Source: Hyphomicrobiaceae bacterium
Lineage (GTDB): Bacteria > Pseudomonadota > Alphaproteobacteria > Rhizobiales > Hyphomicrobiaceae
Reading direction: 5' to 3'
Assembly (NCBI GenBank): GCA_033765285.1
Contig: JANRIE010000059.1
Coordinates: 79,692-143,691, forward strand
DNA length: 64,000 nt
The position numbers were made by a program, and so were the translations under genes. The notes under the pieces were generated by a model, which saw only the letters and a list, made by a program, of their open reading frames with translations, searched no databases and was not told the origin of the DNA. This document shows, piece after piece, positions 27,728-39,310 of the stretch (within the stretch, counting starts at the first letter, position 1; each line of letters begins with the position of its first letter).

Positions 27728-28247
27728 GTTGCACATTGCGCCGCTGGGGTTGATCGCGGAGGGCGAGCGCTGGGTCATCGCGCCGTTCAAGCCCTCGCGA
27801 ACACTGGATAATTTGCGGGAGAACCCGGTCGCGGTCGCCAATCACGTCGATGACGTGCGGATCATTGCCGGCTGCCTGACCGGCCGCAAGCAGTGGCCGG
27901 TGCGGCGTGCGGACAAGGTGGATGGAGCCTACCTGACGGCCGCACTGGTGCATTGGGAACTGAAGGTCGAGGAGGTCGTCGAGGACGAGGTGCGCCCGCG
28001 GTTCTCGTGCGGCCTCGTACATGCGGAAAGCCACAGGCCGTGGTCCGGGTTCAACCGCGCGCAGGCCGCCGTCATCGAGGCGGCGGTGCTCGTCTCTCGC
28101 CTGCACATGCTGCCGGTCGCCAAGGTCGACAGCGAACTGGCGTATCTTCAGATCGCCGTCGACAAGACCGCCGGAGCGCGCGAACTCGAAGCCTGGGGCT
28201 GGCTCATGGAGAAGGTCGCGGCGTGGCGGACGACGGGACCCTCGTGA
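27678..28247 (+). CDS. DUF447-family protein (FMN-binding split-barrel-like; possibly MfnF-like)
   Basis: MPMIVETVLTTRAKSGELHIAPLGL...NPVAVANHVDD pattern. It is the last gene of the operon and overlaps the previous gene by 50 nt. Confidence 0.55.
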   Translation: MPMIVETVLTTRAKSGELHIAPLGLIAEGERWVIAPFKPSRTLDNLRENPVAVANHVDDVRIIAGCLTGRKQWPVRRADKVDGAYLTAALVHWELKVEEVVEDEVRPRFSCGLVHAESHRPWSGFNRAQAAVIEAAVLVSRLHMLPVAKVDSELAYLQIAVDKTAGARELEAWGWLMEKVAAWRTTGPS

Positions 28248-28322
28248 CGTCGGCCGGACGGGGCCCGAGCGGTGCAGCGCCCAACGGGCTTCCCTGACAG
28301 CACGTCGTCGCCCTCGGTCGTT

Positions 28323-30527
28323 TCAGCTCAGGTCGGCGAGCAGGCACTTCAACACCCCGTAGTCGAACTGTCCGTTGAGCGCAGAATGCGCCGGGCCCAG
28401 GCGACCGGACTCCAGGGCTCCGGTCTCCTCGAAAGCGGCATGAATCGCGTCGAGGTCGCCGGCATCCAGGTCGAGGATGTCGTCGGAGGACAGCAGTCCG
28501 GCCGCGATGGCCTCGGCGAAATGGCCGTACACGGTTGACAGCTCGAGGTTGCGCCGTTCGCCGATGGCGGTGGCGTCGAGGCCGTCCAAGTGCAGCCTGA
28601 GCGTCGCGTTGACCGTCGCCGACAACCGGTTGTTCAGCATGGGATGCGGCTTGTGGCCGGTGATGGTGTCGATGATCGCCTTGCCGTAGCGGGCGATCTT
28701 GCTGGTGCCCAGCCCCGTGATGGTGTTCAGGTCCGCCAGTGTCTGCGGCTTCAGCGCGGCGAGTTCGGCCAGCGTCCGGTCGTGGCAAACGACGTAGGGC
28801 GGCAGTTTCGCTCCCGCGGCCGTTTCGTGCCGCCACCGCTTCAACGCGTCGAACAGCGGCTGGTCGGCGGCTGCGATCGCCGTCGTCAGCGACGATCCGG
28901 CGCGCTCGCGGCGGACGCGGCCAGACCGGTCGTCGCGGCTGATCTTGGCCGGTGCCGCCCGCATCATGAACGTTTCTTCGCCGCGCAACAGTGGACGGGC
29001 GCGATCCGTCAGCACGAGGCCGCCGTGGCCTTCCTCGTCCCCTGTCAGATGTCCGGCGGCGGCGAGCTGGCGGACGAGCCCACGCCAGATGGCGGCGTCC
29101 GTATCGCGGCCAATGCCCCATACCGTCAGTTTGTCGTGGCCGAACTGCCGCGACTTGTCGGAGGATTTGCCGGTCAGGACATCGACGAGGTGGGCAACAC
29201 CGAAGCGCTGGCCCGTGCGATAGACGGCCGACAGCGCCATGCGCGCGAGTTCGGTGCCGTCCACGGTCTTGGGTGGCTCCAGGCAATTATCGCAGTTACC
29301 GCACGGCTCCGGCCGCGCCTCGCCAAAGTAGGCGAGCAGCGCCTGCCGTCGGCAGCCGGGCATTTCAGCCAGGCCGATCAGGCGGTCCAGCTTTTCGCGC
29401 TGGACCCGCTTGTAGGCCTCCGCGCCATCCGACTGGGCAATCCACTGGCGCTGTTGGATGATGTCCTGAAGGCCATAGGCCATCCAGGCATCGGCCGGTT
29501 CGCCGTCGCGGCCCGCCCGGCCGGTCTCCTGGTAGTACCCTTCGATCGACTTGGGCAGGTTCAGGTGGGCGACGAAGCGGACGTCGGGCTTGTCGATGCC
29601 CATCCCGAACGCCACCGTGGCGGCGATGACGAGCCCATCCTCGGCCAGAAACCGCGCCTGGGTCGCCGCGCGCTCGGCGGGTGGCAGACCGGCGTGGTAG
29701 GGCAAGGCGGGGCGGCCCTTCGAGGACAGCCAAGCGGCGGTTTCTTCTACACCCTTGCGAGACAGGCAATAGATGATGCCGGCTTCGCCCGGGTGTTCGG
29801 CCTCGATGAACCGCCACAGTTGCTCGCGGCCACCCATGGAGCCGATTTCGGCGATCCTGTAGCGGATGTTGGGGCGATCGAAGCTCGCCACGTAGCGGGC
29901 GGCGCTGCCGAGCTGCAACTCGGCGGCGATCTCCTCGCGCGTGCGCTCGTCGGCCGTTGCGGTCAGCGCGATGCGTGGCACGCCCGGGAATCGCTCCGCC
30001 AGACATTTCAACTGGCGGTACTCGGGTCGGAAATCATGGCCCCATTGCGAGACGCAGTGCGCCTCGTCGATGGCAAAGAGCGAAATCTGGCTGGCGGCCA
30101 GAAGATCGAGGGTGCGCTCCTGCACCAACCGCTCGGGTGCGACGTACAAAAGGTCGAGACCACCCGAGCGCAGGCGGCCCGCGATCTCTGTCTGCTCGGC
30201 AAAACCTTGCGTCGAGTTGAGGAACGCGGCGCGCACACCGGCCAGTTTCAACGCATCGACCTGATCCTGCATGAGGGCGATCAGCGGCGACACGACGATC
30301 CCGGTGCCGGGGCGCACCAGCGCTGGGATTTGATAGCATAGAGACTTGCCGCCGCCGGTCGGCATCAGCGCCAACACGTCGCGGCCCTCGATAAGGCTCT
30401 CGACGATGGCCGACTGGTGCGAGCGGAACGCGCGATAGCCGAACACCTGCTCCAGCACGCGCTGGGCGGCAGCCAGCGGTGGCTCGGGCGCAATGAGTGT
30501 TGCGGCGCTGGTCCTGGCTCGGGTCAT
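28323..30527 (-). CDS. recQ: ATP-dependent DNA helicase RecQ with an extra C-terminal domain
   Basis: [41 protein letters not shown], the RQC zinc motif CRRQ..CGNCDNC and an HRDC region, followed by about 110 further residues. ATG 30527 lies inside ORF 28323..30656. Confidence 0.9.
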   Translation of the reverse strand: MTRARTSAATLIAPEPPLAAAQRVLEQVFGYRAFRSHQSAIVESLIEGRDVLALMPTGGGKSLCYQIPALVRPGTGIVVSPLIALMQDQVDALKLAGVRAAFLNSTQGFAEQTEIAGRLRSGGLDLLYVAPERLVQERTLDLLAASQISLFAIDEAHCVSQWGHDFRPEYRQLKCLAERFPGVPRIALTATADERTREEIAAELQLGSAARYVASFDRPNIRYRIAEIGSMGGREQLWRFIEAEHPGEAGIIYCLSRKGVEETAAWLSSKGRPALPYHAGLPPAERAATQARFLAEDGLVIAATVAFGMGIDKPDVRFVAHLNLPKSIEGYYQETGRAGRDGEPADAWMAYGLQDIIQQRQWIAQSDGAEAYKRVQREKLDRLIGLAEMPGCRRQALLAYFGEARPEPCGNCDNCLEPPKTVDGTELARMALSAVYRTGQRFGVAHLVDVLTGKSSDKSRQFGHDKLTVWGIGRDTDAAIWRGLVRQLAAAGHLTGDEEGHGGLVLTDRARPLLRGEETFMMRAAPAKISRDDRSGRVRRERAGSSLTTAIAAADQPLFDALKRWRHETAAGAKLPPYVVCHDRTLAELAALKPQTLADLNTITGLGTSKIARYGKAIIDTITGHKPHPMLNNRLSATVNATLRLHLDGLDATAIGERRNLELSTVYGHFAEAIAAGLLSSDDILDLDAGDLDAIHAAFEETGALESGRLGPAHSALNGQFDYGVLKCLLADLS

Positions 30528-30810
30528 GCTGGCTCGTGTCGGGTGCTCAGGGAAATCGGCATGCGTGGTCGGATGGGTCACGCGGGTCGGCGAGCCGGCA
30601 CCATAAGTGATTCCCACGGGGACGCGGCCGGGGACGGAGAGCTGCTTGTGGAGCACAGGCCACGGTGTGCGCGACGATCGCCATTCAGTGATGGTTCATG
30701 TTGAAATCGCTAGCTTTGCGACTGAAGATGAGCCAAGGGCATGAACGCTGTCCCGGCAGCTGGCGCGGGCGGGCACACGGCAGCGGGTGGGGCGTTCGAG
30801 GGAGGCAGGG

Positions 30811-31104
30811 ATGTTACGCAAACGGGTGAACTGGACGACGGCGGGCGGGGCGCTGTTTGCCGCTTGTGTGACGATCGCGCTCGCGGGACCCGCGCTCGCC
30901 GACAGTTGCCGGTGGTATGGAGCCACCGCGCTGCGCCAGCAGCAGGAGAACGAGCGGTTGAAGTGCGGCTTCTCGGGTACCGAGTGGCATTCCAATGCCG
31001 CTGAGCACGAGGTCTGGTGCGCGACCGTGGGGCCCGACCAATGGAAAGTGGCGGCACAGAACCGCGACCGCATGCTGGCGGAATGCGCGGCAAAATCGAA
31101 ATAG
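30811..31104 (+). CDS. small secreted four-cysteine protein, function unknown
   Basis: MLRKRVNWTTAGGALFAACVTIALAGPALA|DSCRWYGATALRQ...CGFSGTEWHS...HEVWCATV...LAEC. Confidence 0.55.
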   Translation: MLRKRVNWTTAGGALFAACVTIALAGPALADSCRWYGATALRQQQENERLKCGFSGTEWHSNAAEHEVWCATVGPDQWKVAAQNRDRMLAECAAKSK

Positions 31105-31122
31105 CGTGGCGGGGCTCACACG

Positions 31123-31150
31123 AAAAAGGGCGGCACATTGGCCGCCCTTT
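31123..31150 (-). terminator. distal copy of the groEL intrinsic terminator hairpin (could also terminate the plus-strand gene 30811..31104)
   Basis: AAAAAGGGCGGC-ACATTG-GCCGCCCTTT. The minus-strand reading gives the stem followed by TTTTTCG. Confidence 0.6.
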
Positions 31151-31258
31151 CCCGTTTGGTGGGGTTGGGCCCGACCTGACATCATGTCCATGTCGCCGCC
31201 CGACGTCGGGCCTGGCCGATGTCGGCACAACACAGGCGCATGGGCGGGGCCTCACACG

Positions 31259-31286
31259 AAAAAGGGCGGCACATTGGCCGCCCTTT
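31259..31286 (-). terminator. middle copy of the groEL intrinsic terminator hairpin
   Basis: Identical hairpin sequence to 31394..31421. Confidence 0.6.
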
Positions 31287-31393
31287 CCCGTTTGGTGGGG
31301 TTGGGCCCGACCTTACATCATGTCCATGCCGCCGCCCGACGTCGGGCCTGGCCGACGTCGGCACAACACCGGCGCATGGGCGGGGTTCACACG

Positions 31394-31421
31394 AAAAAGG
31401 GCGGCACATTGGCCGCCCTTT
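31394..31421 (-). terminator. groEL-proximal rho-independent terminator
   Basis: Stem GGGCGGC/GCCGCCC (extendable with A/T pairs), 6-nt loop and a T5 run on the minus strand, about 30 nt after the groEL TAA. Confidence 0.8.
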
Positions 31422-31447
31422 CCCGTTTGGTAGGGTTGGGCCCGACC

Positions 31448-33142
<1,695 letters not shown>

Positions 33143-33153
33143 TCAGCCCGGAT

Positions 33154-33444
33154 TTACTTCTCGATGACGCCCATGATGTCGCTCTCCTTCATGATGAGGA
33201 GATCCTGGCCGTCGATCTTGACCTCGGTGCCCGACCACTTGCCGAACAGCACGCGGTCACCTTTCTTCACGTCGAGGGGGACAAGCTCATTGTCGTCGCC
33301 GCGGGCACCGGGACCGACGGCGATGACTTCGCCCTGCTGCGGCTTCTCGGCGGCCGTGTCGGGGATGATGATGCCGCCAGCGGTCTTGGTCTCGCTCTCG
33401 AGACGCTTGACGACCACGCGGTCATGGAGGGGGCGGAATTTCAT
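33154..33444 (-). CDS. groES: co-chaperonin GroES (Cpn10)
   Basis: [46 protein letters not shown]... Confidence 0.98.
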   Translation of the reverse strand: MKFRPLHDRVVVKRLESETKTAGGIIIPDTAAEKPQQGEVIAVGPGARGDDNELVPLDVKKGDRVLFGKWSGTEVKIDGQDLLIMKESDIMGVIEK

Positions 33445-33546
33445 GGAAGAGAGGCTCCGTTGGAATTGGCACGATTTTGGCCGACGCGCCGTGCGCGGCG
33501 GAGACCGGCGCGCTGAGGCTGCGTCATGTGATAGAGGCCAAGCCTG

Positions 33547-33573
33547 GTAGCACTCCGTTGAGGTGAGTGCTAG
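33547..33573 (-). promoter_or_regulatory. CIRCE element (HrcA operator) upstream of groES
   Basis: gTAGCACTC-CGTTGAGGT-GAGTGCTAg matches TTAGCACTC-N9-GAGTGCTAA except at the outermost bases. It lies about 100 bp upstream of the groES start. Confidence 0.85.
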
Positions 33574-33795
33574 GCTGCACCGTATGTGGCTTGCCGCGGG
33601 CAGCGTGTCAAGTCTTCAGGGTCGGCTGGACACCCGCGCAACGGGGCCTCGAATGGTTTCCTCCATGGCAGACGCGACCGGGGAGGGCATAGGCAGGCTT
33701 TGTCTTAAGTTCTATATTGCGGAACTATTGAATTTTGGCTCGCCGGCGTCCATTTGGCAGGTGCGACATTCGCATGCTCGACTACGGAGGCTGTA

Positions 33796-34887
33796 ATGAC
33801 CCAGAGCGAAATGACGGGCGCAAGTGACCTGCTGACGCCGACCCGGCTTGGCGCAATCGACCTGAAAAACCGCGTCGTCATGGCGCCCCTGACGCGGTCG
33901 CGCGCGAGTTCGCTCGCCGTACCGTCCGAACTCGCCGCGCGGTATTACGCGCAGCGCGCCGGATCGGGTCTGATCATCACGGAAGCGACCCAGGTGTCGT
34001 TCGAGGCGATGGGCTACCCGCGCACGCCTGGCCTGCACACCGAGGAGCAGATCGCCCGCTGGCGCGAGATCGTTGCCGCGGTGCATGCCGCTGGCGGAAA
34101 GATCGTCGTGCAGATCTGGCACGTCGGGCGGATCGTCAACCAGCTCAATCGCGGTGTGTCGGCCGACGTCGTGGCTCCATCGGCTCTGCAAGCGCCGGGC
34201 AAAATGTACACCGATGCAAAGGGTATGCAGGACCACGATACGCCACGCGCCCTCGAGACAGACGAAGTCGCTCGCATCGTCGCGGACTTCGCGCGGGCGG
34301 CGCGCGTTGCGATGGAGGTGGGGTTTGATGGTGTCGAGGTGCACTCGGCCAACGGCTACCTCCTGCACCAATTCCTGTCGTCCAACGTCAACCAGCGCAC
34401 CGATCGCTATGGCGGCTCCATCGAGAACCGCATCCGCATGCCGCTGGAGGTGATCGACGCCGTTGTTGCCGAAATCGGGGCCGACCGTGTCGGCGTGCGC
34501 GTAAGCCCGGGCCATGGGTTCAACGGCATTGAAGAGGCCGATCTCGAGGCGTTGTACGCGCAGTATCTCGGAGCGCTCGATCAGCGCGGGTTGGCTTATC
34601 TCCACGTCATGCGGCCGTTCACACACGCGTTCGAGACCGATGTCGTCGCGCTGGCCCGTGCCCACTACAGCGGGACCATGATGGTGGCGGGAGGATACGA
34701 CGTCGAGAGCGCCGTGGCCGCTGTGCGGGACCCGCAGATCGCCGCGGTCGCCTTTGGCCGGGCGTATATCGCCAACCCTGATCTGGTGGCCCGGATCGCG
34801 CACGGATTGGCCTGGGCCGAACCGCACCAGGCGACGTTCTATACGCCAGGGGAAAAAGGCTACACGGACTATCCGACTGCGGCCTGA
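33796..34887 (+). CDS. Old Yellow Enzyme-family NADH:flavin oxidoreductase (NemA-like alkene reductase)
   Basis: LLTPTRLGAIDLKNRVVMAPLTRSRA..., GFDGVEVHSANGYLLHQFLSSNVNQRTDRYGGSIENR. SD GGAGG precedes ATG 33796. Confidence 0.9.
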   Translation: MTQSEMTGASDLLTPTRLGAIDLKNRVVMAPLTRSRASSLAVPSELAARYYAQRAGSGLIITEATQVSFEAMGYPRTPGLHTEEQIARWREIVAAVHAAGGKIVVQIWHVGRIVNQLNRGVSADVVAPSALQAPGKMYTDAKGMQDHDTPRALETDEVARIVADFARAARVAMEVGFDGVEVHSANGYLLHQFLSSNVNQRTDRYGGSIENRIRMPLEVIDAVVAEIGADRVGVRVSPGHGFNGIEEADLEALYAQYLGALDQRGLAYLHVMRPFTHAFETDVVALARAHYSGTMMVAGGYDVESAVAAVRDPQIAAVAFGRAYIANPDLVARIAHGLAWAEPHQATFYTPGEKGYTDYPTAA

Positions 34888-34932
34888 GGCATCGGGCCCG
34901 GTCGTCCAAACAACAACGTCGCGCCCAACAAC

Positions 34933-34970
34933 AAAAAGTGCCGCGGGACAACCGTCCCGCGGCACTTTTG
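34933..34970. terminator. bidirectional rho-independent terminator between convergent genes
   Basis: AAAAA-GTGCCGCGGGAC-AACC-GTCCCGCGGCAC-TTTTG. Perfect 12-bp stem with A-run and T-run flanks. Confidence 0.8.
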
Positions 34971-34986
34971 CTTCGAATGCGGCCGA

Positions 34987-35178
34987 TCAGGCCTGCGGCG
35001 AGGCTGCCGGTGCAGCCGCACGCACGACGCGGATCAGCGCCTGCTTGCGCAGCTTCTTGCGGCAGGCGGCCGTGTTGCCCTGGAACCGGGTCACTTTGGC
35101 ACGCGGGATCTTATGGGAGGCCTTGCGCTTGCGCTTCTCGATGTTACGCGGGCTGCGGGCACCGCGGGTAATGGACAT
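34987..35178 (-). CDS. small highly basic protein (63 aa), unassigned
   Basis: MSITRGARSPRNIEKRKRKASHKIPRAKVTRFQGNTAACRKKLRKQALIRVV.... AGGA lies upstream of the ATG and the terminator is immediately downstream. Confidence 0.45.
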   Translation of the reverse strand: MSITRGARSPRNIEKRKRKASHKIPRAKVTRFQGNTAACRKKLRKQALIRVVRAAAPAASPQA

Positions 35179-35321
35179 TGTCGAAGTTCCTATGGCTATG
35201 TTGGTCCAGGAGCAGCCATGACGGCGCTCCAGGCGCGGATGGTCAGGTCGGTGGCATACGCCAACTTGCACGCGGCCGCAAGCCCGGCTGGACGAGGGCA
35301 CCATTGGCCAGACGGGCTAAA

Positions 35322-35843
35322 TCAGCGCGCGTCCCACAGCAGGGTCATGCCGTAGCCGGGGCCCAGAAACGCACCGGCCCACAACAGGCAGGACACGAGG
35401 CTCGCCGGGAGGAAGACGTGCCAGCGCATCTGCATCGCCGAGGCCACCAGTGGGACGAACGGGCGGATGACGCCGGCGAATTTGCCCGCCACGATGCTGA
35501 GTGCGCCGTACCGGGTCACAAATCCTCGCGCCGCCACATACCAGTCCGGGTGGTCGCGGAGCGGCCAGACGCTGCCGATCTCGCCGCGCAGAAAACGACC
35601 GATCACAAACGTGACGACATCGCCGAGGAACGCGCCGGCCGAAGCTGCGAGCCAAACCGACCAGAACGACCCGCCGGCCGCGCTGTGCAGTCCGCCGATG
35701 GCCAAGAACAGAAACGACGACGGCACCAGCAGCGACAGGAAGATCATGCTTTCGGCGAAACCGAGCGCGAACACGATCGGTTCGGCGAGATGGATATGGC
35801 GCTCGACCAGCCCCATGACGGTGTCCTTGAGGTCGTTCAGCAC
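35322..35843 (-). CDS. DedA-family (SNARE-associated/VTT domain) membrane protein
   Basis: ...FALGFAESMIFLSLLVPSS..., GDVVTFVIGRF and YGALSIVAGKFAGVIRPFVPLVAS are DedA patterns. GTG 35843 has SD AGGAG 9 nt upstream. The maximal ORF runs to 35897. Confidence 0.8.
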   Translation of the reverse strand: MLNDLKDTVMGLVERHIHLAEPIVFALGFAESMIFLSLLVPSSFLFLAIGGLHSAAGGSFWSVWLAASAGAFLGDVVTFVIGRFLRGEIGSVWPLRDHPDWYVAARGFVTRYGALSIVAGKFAGVIRPFVPLVASAMQMRWHVFLPASLVSCLLWAGAFLGPGYGMTLLWDAR

Positions 35844-36139
35844 CGATTCTGCTCCTGTGTTGCGGTACGTTATGGCGTGGCATGAGGCCGGCCACAATCA
35901 CAGAGGGCCGCAATGATCCCGTGACACTTGCGGGATAAGCCGTGCTAAGACGCTGGGACGGTGTCGGACCGCACGGCCGGGTTTGGGTGCTACACATTGC
36001 CCGTTGGTCTTCGGATCAGAAGGTGGCACTACCCCGCGCGGCTGAGGCTGGCATACCGATCGCCTGCGCGCGAGACACATCCGGTGGCTGGTCGACCGCG
36101 CACTGGCGCACCGCAAGACGCGTCTCAAACGGAGGAACG

Positions 36140-37402
36140 ATGGCCTCGATCGAGCAAGTCCGGACCGAGGACGGCACGCCAACCGGTGTCGCGCGCAATC
36201 AGCGGCTGCGCCAGGCTGTCCACCGCCACAAGGCGATCTCCGCGCAGGGTGTGCAGGAGCGTCTGTTCACGTTGGCGTTCTCGGGTCTCGTCTATCCCCA
36301 GATCTGGGAAGACCCGGTCGTTGATATCGAGGCCCTGCGGCTGCAGGACGGAGAGACCGTCACGGCGATCGCGTCGGGCGGCTGCAATATCCTGTCGTAC
36401 CTGACCGCCGCCGATGTCAAAGTCACGGCGATCGACCTCAACCCGGCGCATATCGCGCTGAACAAGCTGAAGCTGGTCGCCGCGCAACACCTGCCGGGTT
36501 ACGCCGCCTTCCACCGCTTCTTCGCTGAAGCCGACGCCAACGAAAACGTGCGCGCGTACTTCACGTACCTGCAACCCCACCTGGACCCTGTCACGCGCAA
36601 ATACTGGGAAAGCCGCGACCGTCTCGGCCGCCGCCGCGTCGGCTATTTCGGCAAGAACCTGTACCGCCACGGCCTGCTCGGCACGTTCATCGGAGCCAGC
36701 CATCTGCTGGCTCGCATGCACGGCCGCAACCCCAGGAAAATCCTGAAGGCCAAGACGCGGCAGGAACAGCGCGAGATCTTCGACAAGGAACTGGCGCCGC
36801 TGTTCGAGAAGCGCCACATCCGCTGGCTCATTTCCAAGCCGTCGGCGCTGTTCGGTCTCGGCATCCCGCCCAGCCAGTACGAGGCGTTGAAGGGCGATGA
36901 GACGCACATGGCCGAAGTGCTGAAAGCGCGGCTCGAACGGCTCGCCTGTGAGTTCGATCTTCAGGACAACTATTTTGCCTGGCAGGCGTTCGGTCGGCGC
37001 TACGCGTCGGGCGGGTCCGGGCCGTTGCCGCCGTATCTGCAACGCCAGAATTACGAGACGCTGCGGGCGCGGGCGGGAAACATCAACGTCGTGCACGCTT
37101 CGTTCACCGAGCATCTGGCAGCCCAGCCGGACCGCTCGTGCAATGGCTATGTGCTGCTGGATGCCCAGGACTGGATGACCGACGAACAGCTCAACGACCT
37201 GTGGACGGAAATTGCGCGGACCTGCCGGCCGGGCGGTCGCGTCATCTTCCGGACCGCCGGCGAGAAGACGATCCTGCCGGGTCGGGTGGCCGACGACATC
37301 CTGTCACGGTTCAGCTATGACGAGGCAGCCTGCCGGAAATTGACCGAGAAGGACCGCTCGTCGATCTACGGCGGGTTCCATGTCTACGTGATGCAGGACT
37401 GA
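36140..37402 (+). CDS. btaA: S-adenosylmethionine:diacylglycerol 3-amino-3-carboxypropyl transferase (DUF3419), betaine-lipid DGTS synthesis
   Basis: LVYPQIWEDPVVDIEAL...VTAIASGGCNILSYL...IDLNPAHIALNKLKL...YLLDAQDWM are hallmark BtaA blocks. SD GGAGGA precedes ATG 36140. Confidence 0.85.
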   Translation: MASIEQVRTEDGTPTGVARNQRLRQAVHRHKAISAQGVQERLFTLAFSGLVYPQIWEDPVVDIEALRLQDGETVTAIASGGCNILSYLTAADVKVTAIDLNPAHIALNKLKLVAAQHLPGYAAFHRFFAEADANENVRAYFTYLQPHLDPVTRKYWESRDRLGRRRVGYFGKNLYRHGLLGTFIGASHLLARMHGRNPRKILKAKTRQEQREIFDKELAPLFEKRHIRWLISKPSALFGLGIPPSQYEALKGDETHMAEVLKARLERLACEFDLQDNYFAWQAFGRRYASGGSGPLPPYLQRQNYETLRARAGNINVVHASFTEHLAAQPDRSCNGYVLLDAQDWMTDEQLNDLWTEIARTCRPGGRVIFRTAGEKTILPGRVADDILSRFSYDEAACRKLTEKDRSSIYGGFHVYVMQD

Positions 37403-37410
37403 GGCAGAGC

Positions 37411-38088
37411 ATGGGTCTGGAGGCTCGAGAGGCCGGCGATGCCGCCCATCACATGGATGGCATCTACCGCTACCAGCGTTACATCTACGACCTGACCCGG
37501 AAGTATTTCCTGCTCGGACGCGATACGATGCTGGCGGGCCTACAACCGCCGGCCGGCGGCACCGTGCTGGAAATCGGCTGCGGGACCGGGCGCAACCTGA
37601 TCCTTGCTGCGCAACGGTATCCGGACGCCCGGTTCTATGGGTTCGACATTTCCGCGATGATGCTTGAAACCGCGACCGCCAATATCGCGCGCGCCGGGCT
37701 CGCCGACCGCATCACCGTGACACAGGGCGATGCTACGGGGTTCTCCGGCAGCGAACTGTTCGGCGTCCCTGCCTTCGATCGCGTGTTCATATCGTATTCG
37801 CTGTCGATGATCCCGCCCTGGCGGCAAGCGCTTCCCGTCGCTCTGGCAGCGGTTGCTCCCGGGGGCTCGCTGCACATCGTCGATTTTGGCCAGCAAACCG
37901 GATTGCCGCGCGCCTTCAAGGCGGTTCTTCATGCGTGGCTCGCCAAGTTCGACGTGGTGCCACGCCCAGACCTCGAGGCCGCCCTCTCCGACGTCGCGCG
38001 CGATGCCGGGGCCGAACTTAGGTTTACTCATCTGTTGCGCGATTATGCGCACCATGCCGTGGTGACGAAGCCGGCAGCGGCGGCCTGA
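37411..38088 (+). CDS. btaB: SAM-dependent N-methyltransferase of DGTS synthesis
   Basis: YRYQRYIYDLTRKYFLLGRD..., VLEIGCGTGRNL (class I MTase motif I). It lies immediately downstream of btaA. Confidence 0.8.
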   Translation: MGLEAREAGDAAHHMDGIYRYQRYIYDLTRKYFLLGRDTMLAGLQPPAGGTVLEIGCGTGRNLILAAQRYPDARFYGFDISAMMLETATANIARAGLADRITVTQGDATGFSGSELFGVPAFDRVFISYSLSMIPPWRQALPVALAAVAPGGSLHIVDFGQQTGLPRAFKAVLHAWLAKFDVVPRPDLEAALSDVARDAGAELRFTHLLRDYAHHAVVTKPAAAA

Positions 38089-38199
38089 GGCGATCGCCCA
38101 GCGAACAGCGAAGTGTCCCTGAGAAGCCGGGCGGCCGGTTGCGACGTGCCCCATATTCGCCACGTCTGGCCCGCGGTTCCCGCGCCCAACCCGTCCGCG

Positions 38200-39216
38200 T
38201 TATTGCCTGCGGTCTGCCGGGCGCAGTGGCTCGCGGTTGGCCGTGATCTCCATCCAGGCCAGTAGCGCGCCAACCGCCACCAGCGCCAGGCCCAAGGCCA
38301 TGACGGGACGGCTCAAGGCCAGAACGGCGCATCCCACCAGAGCCACGTTGCATGCCGCCACCCGCCGCACGACCACGGCGTGCGATCCGAGCGACTTGGC
38401 TGCGCGCTGGTAGGCGTGTCTTCGGTGGGCCTCCCAGACTTTTTCGCCGTCCATCAATCTGGTCAGCAGGGTGATCGTCGCATCGGCCGAGTAGTACAGG
38501 GGGAGAATGAGCGCGGCGGCCAGCGAATGGTGCGCCGCCAGATCCATCATCATCGCGCCGGTCAGCAGGCCGAGGGGCACGGAGCCGACATCGCCCATGA
38601 ACACGCGTGCCGGGTGCCAGTTCCAGAACAGGAAGCCCACGGCGGCCCCCGCCAGGGCGAGAGCGAGCCCAAAGAAGGGAGCCGGGCCCCCTGAAACAGC
38701 AACGACCATCACATAGCCGGCCGCGAGAGCCGCAGTCTGGACGCCGGCGATGCCGTCGATGCCGTCCATGAAGTTATACAGATTGATGAACCAGACCAAG
38801 GCCAGGAGAACCACCGCGCGATCGAGCCAGAACGGCAGCACTCCGCCAAGGAGCAGCGCGCTCGGCGGCACCAGTGCGACGGCCACGAGGGCGGCTGCCG
38901 TGTGGGCGGCAAAGCGCAACCGGGCTGGGACCGTCACCGTGTCGTCGATGTAGGAGACCAGCGCCAGTCCGGTGGCGGCGGCAACGACGGCCCATTGCGC
39001 GCCGCCGAGCCGCCAGAACAACGCCGCCAGCAGAATGGTGGAAATCAGCAACGGCAGCCCACCGCCGACGATCACCACGCCCTTGTGCATGCTGCGATGG
39101 TTGGGCAGCGCGACCGGGCCATGGCCGCGAGCGGCCCCGATGTAGAGATGCGTGAGCGCAGTGCTCGCGATGAAGGCCAGGAAGACGGTCAGGATGGCAG
39201 TCAGGGTGGCAGTCAA
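38200..39216 (-). CDS. glycosyltransferase family 4 polyprenyl-phosphate sugar-1-phosphate transferase (WecA/MraY-like)
   Basis: Polytopic, with ...YIDD... and NLYNFMDGIDGIAG motifs. Confidence 0.8.
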   Translation of the reverse strand: MTATLTAILTVFLAFIASTALTHLYIGAARGHGPVALPNHRSMHKGVVIVGGGLPLLISTILLAALFWRLGGAQWAVVAAATGLALVSYIDDTVTVPARLRFAAHTAAALVAVALVPPSALLLGGVLPFWLDRAVVLLALVWFINLYNFMDGIDGIAGVQTAALAAGYVMVVAVSGGPAPFFGLALALAGAAVGFLFWNWHPARVFMGDVGSVPLGLLTGAMMMDLAAHHSLAAALILPLYYSADATITLLTRLMDGEKVWEAHRRHAYQRAAKSLGSHAVVVRRVAACNVALVGCAVLALSRPVMALGLALVAVGALLAWMEITANREPLRPADRRQ

Positions 39217-39310
39217 GGTGCGAACTCCGCGCGGCGCTGCCGGTCAGTGGCTGGAAAACATCGCCGCAGGCGGGAGGCGAGGTCAAGAGCCGGGTCGCCG
39301 GGACCGCTGC

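Noticed and set aside
30528-30810. Alphaproteobacterial LexA box (GTTC-N7-GTTC) upstream of recQ. GTTCATGTTGAAATC was noticed.
   Set aside because: The second half-site is AATC rather than GTTC. A single half-site is not evidence of SOS control.
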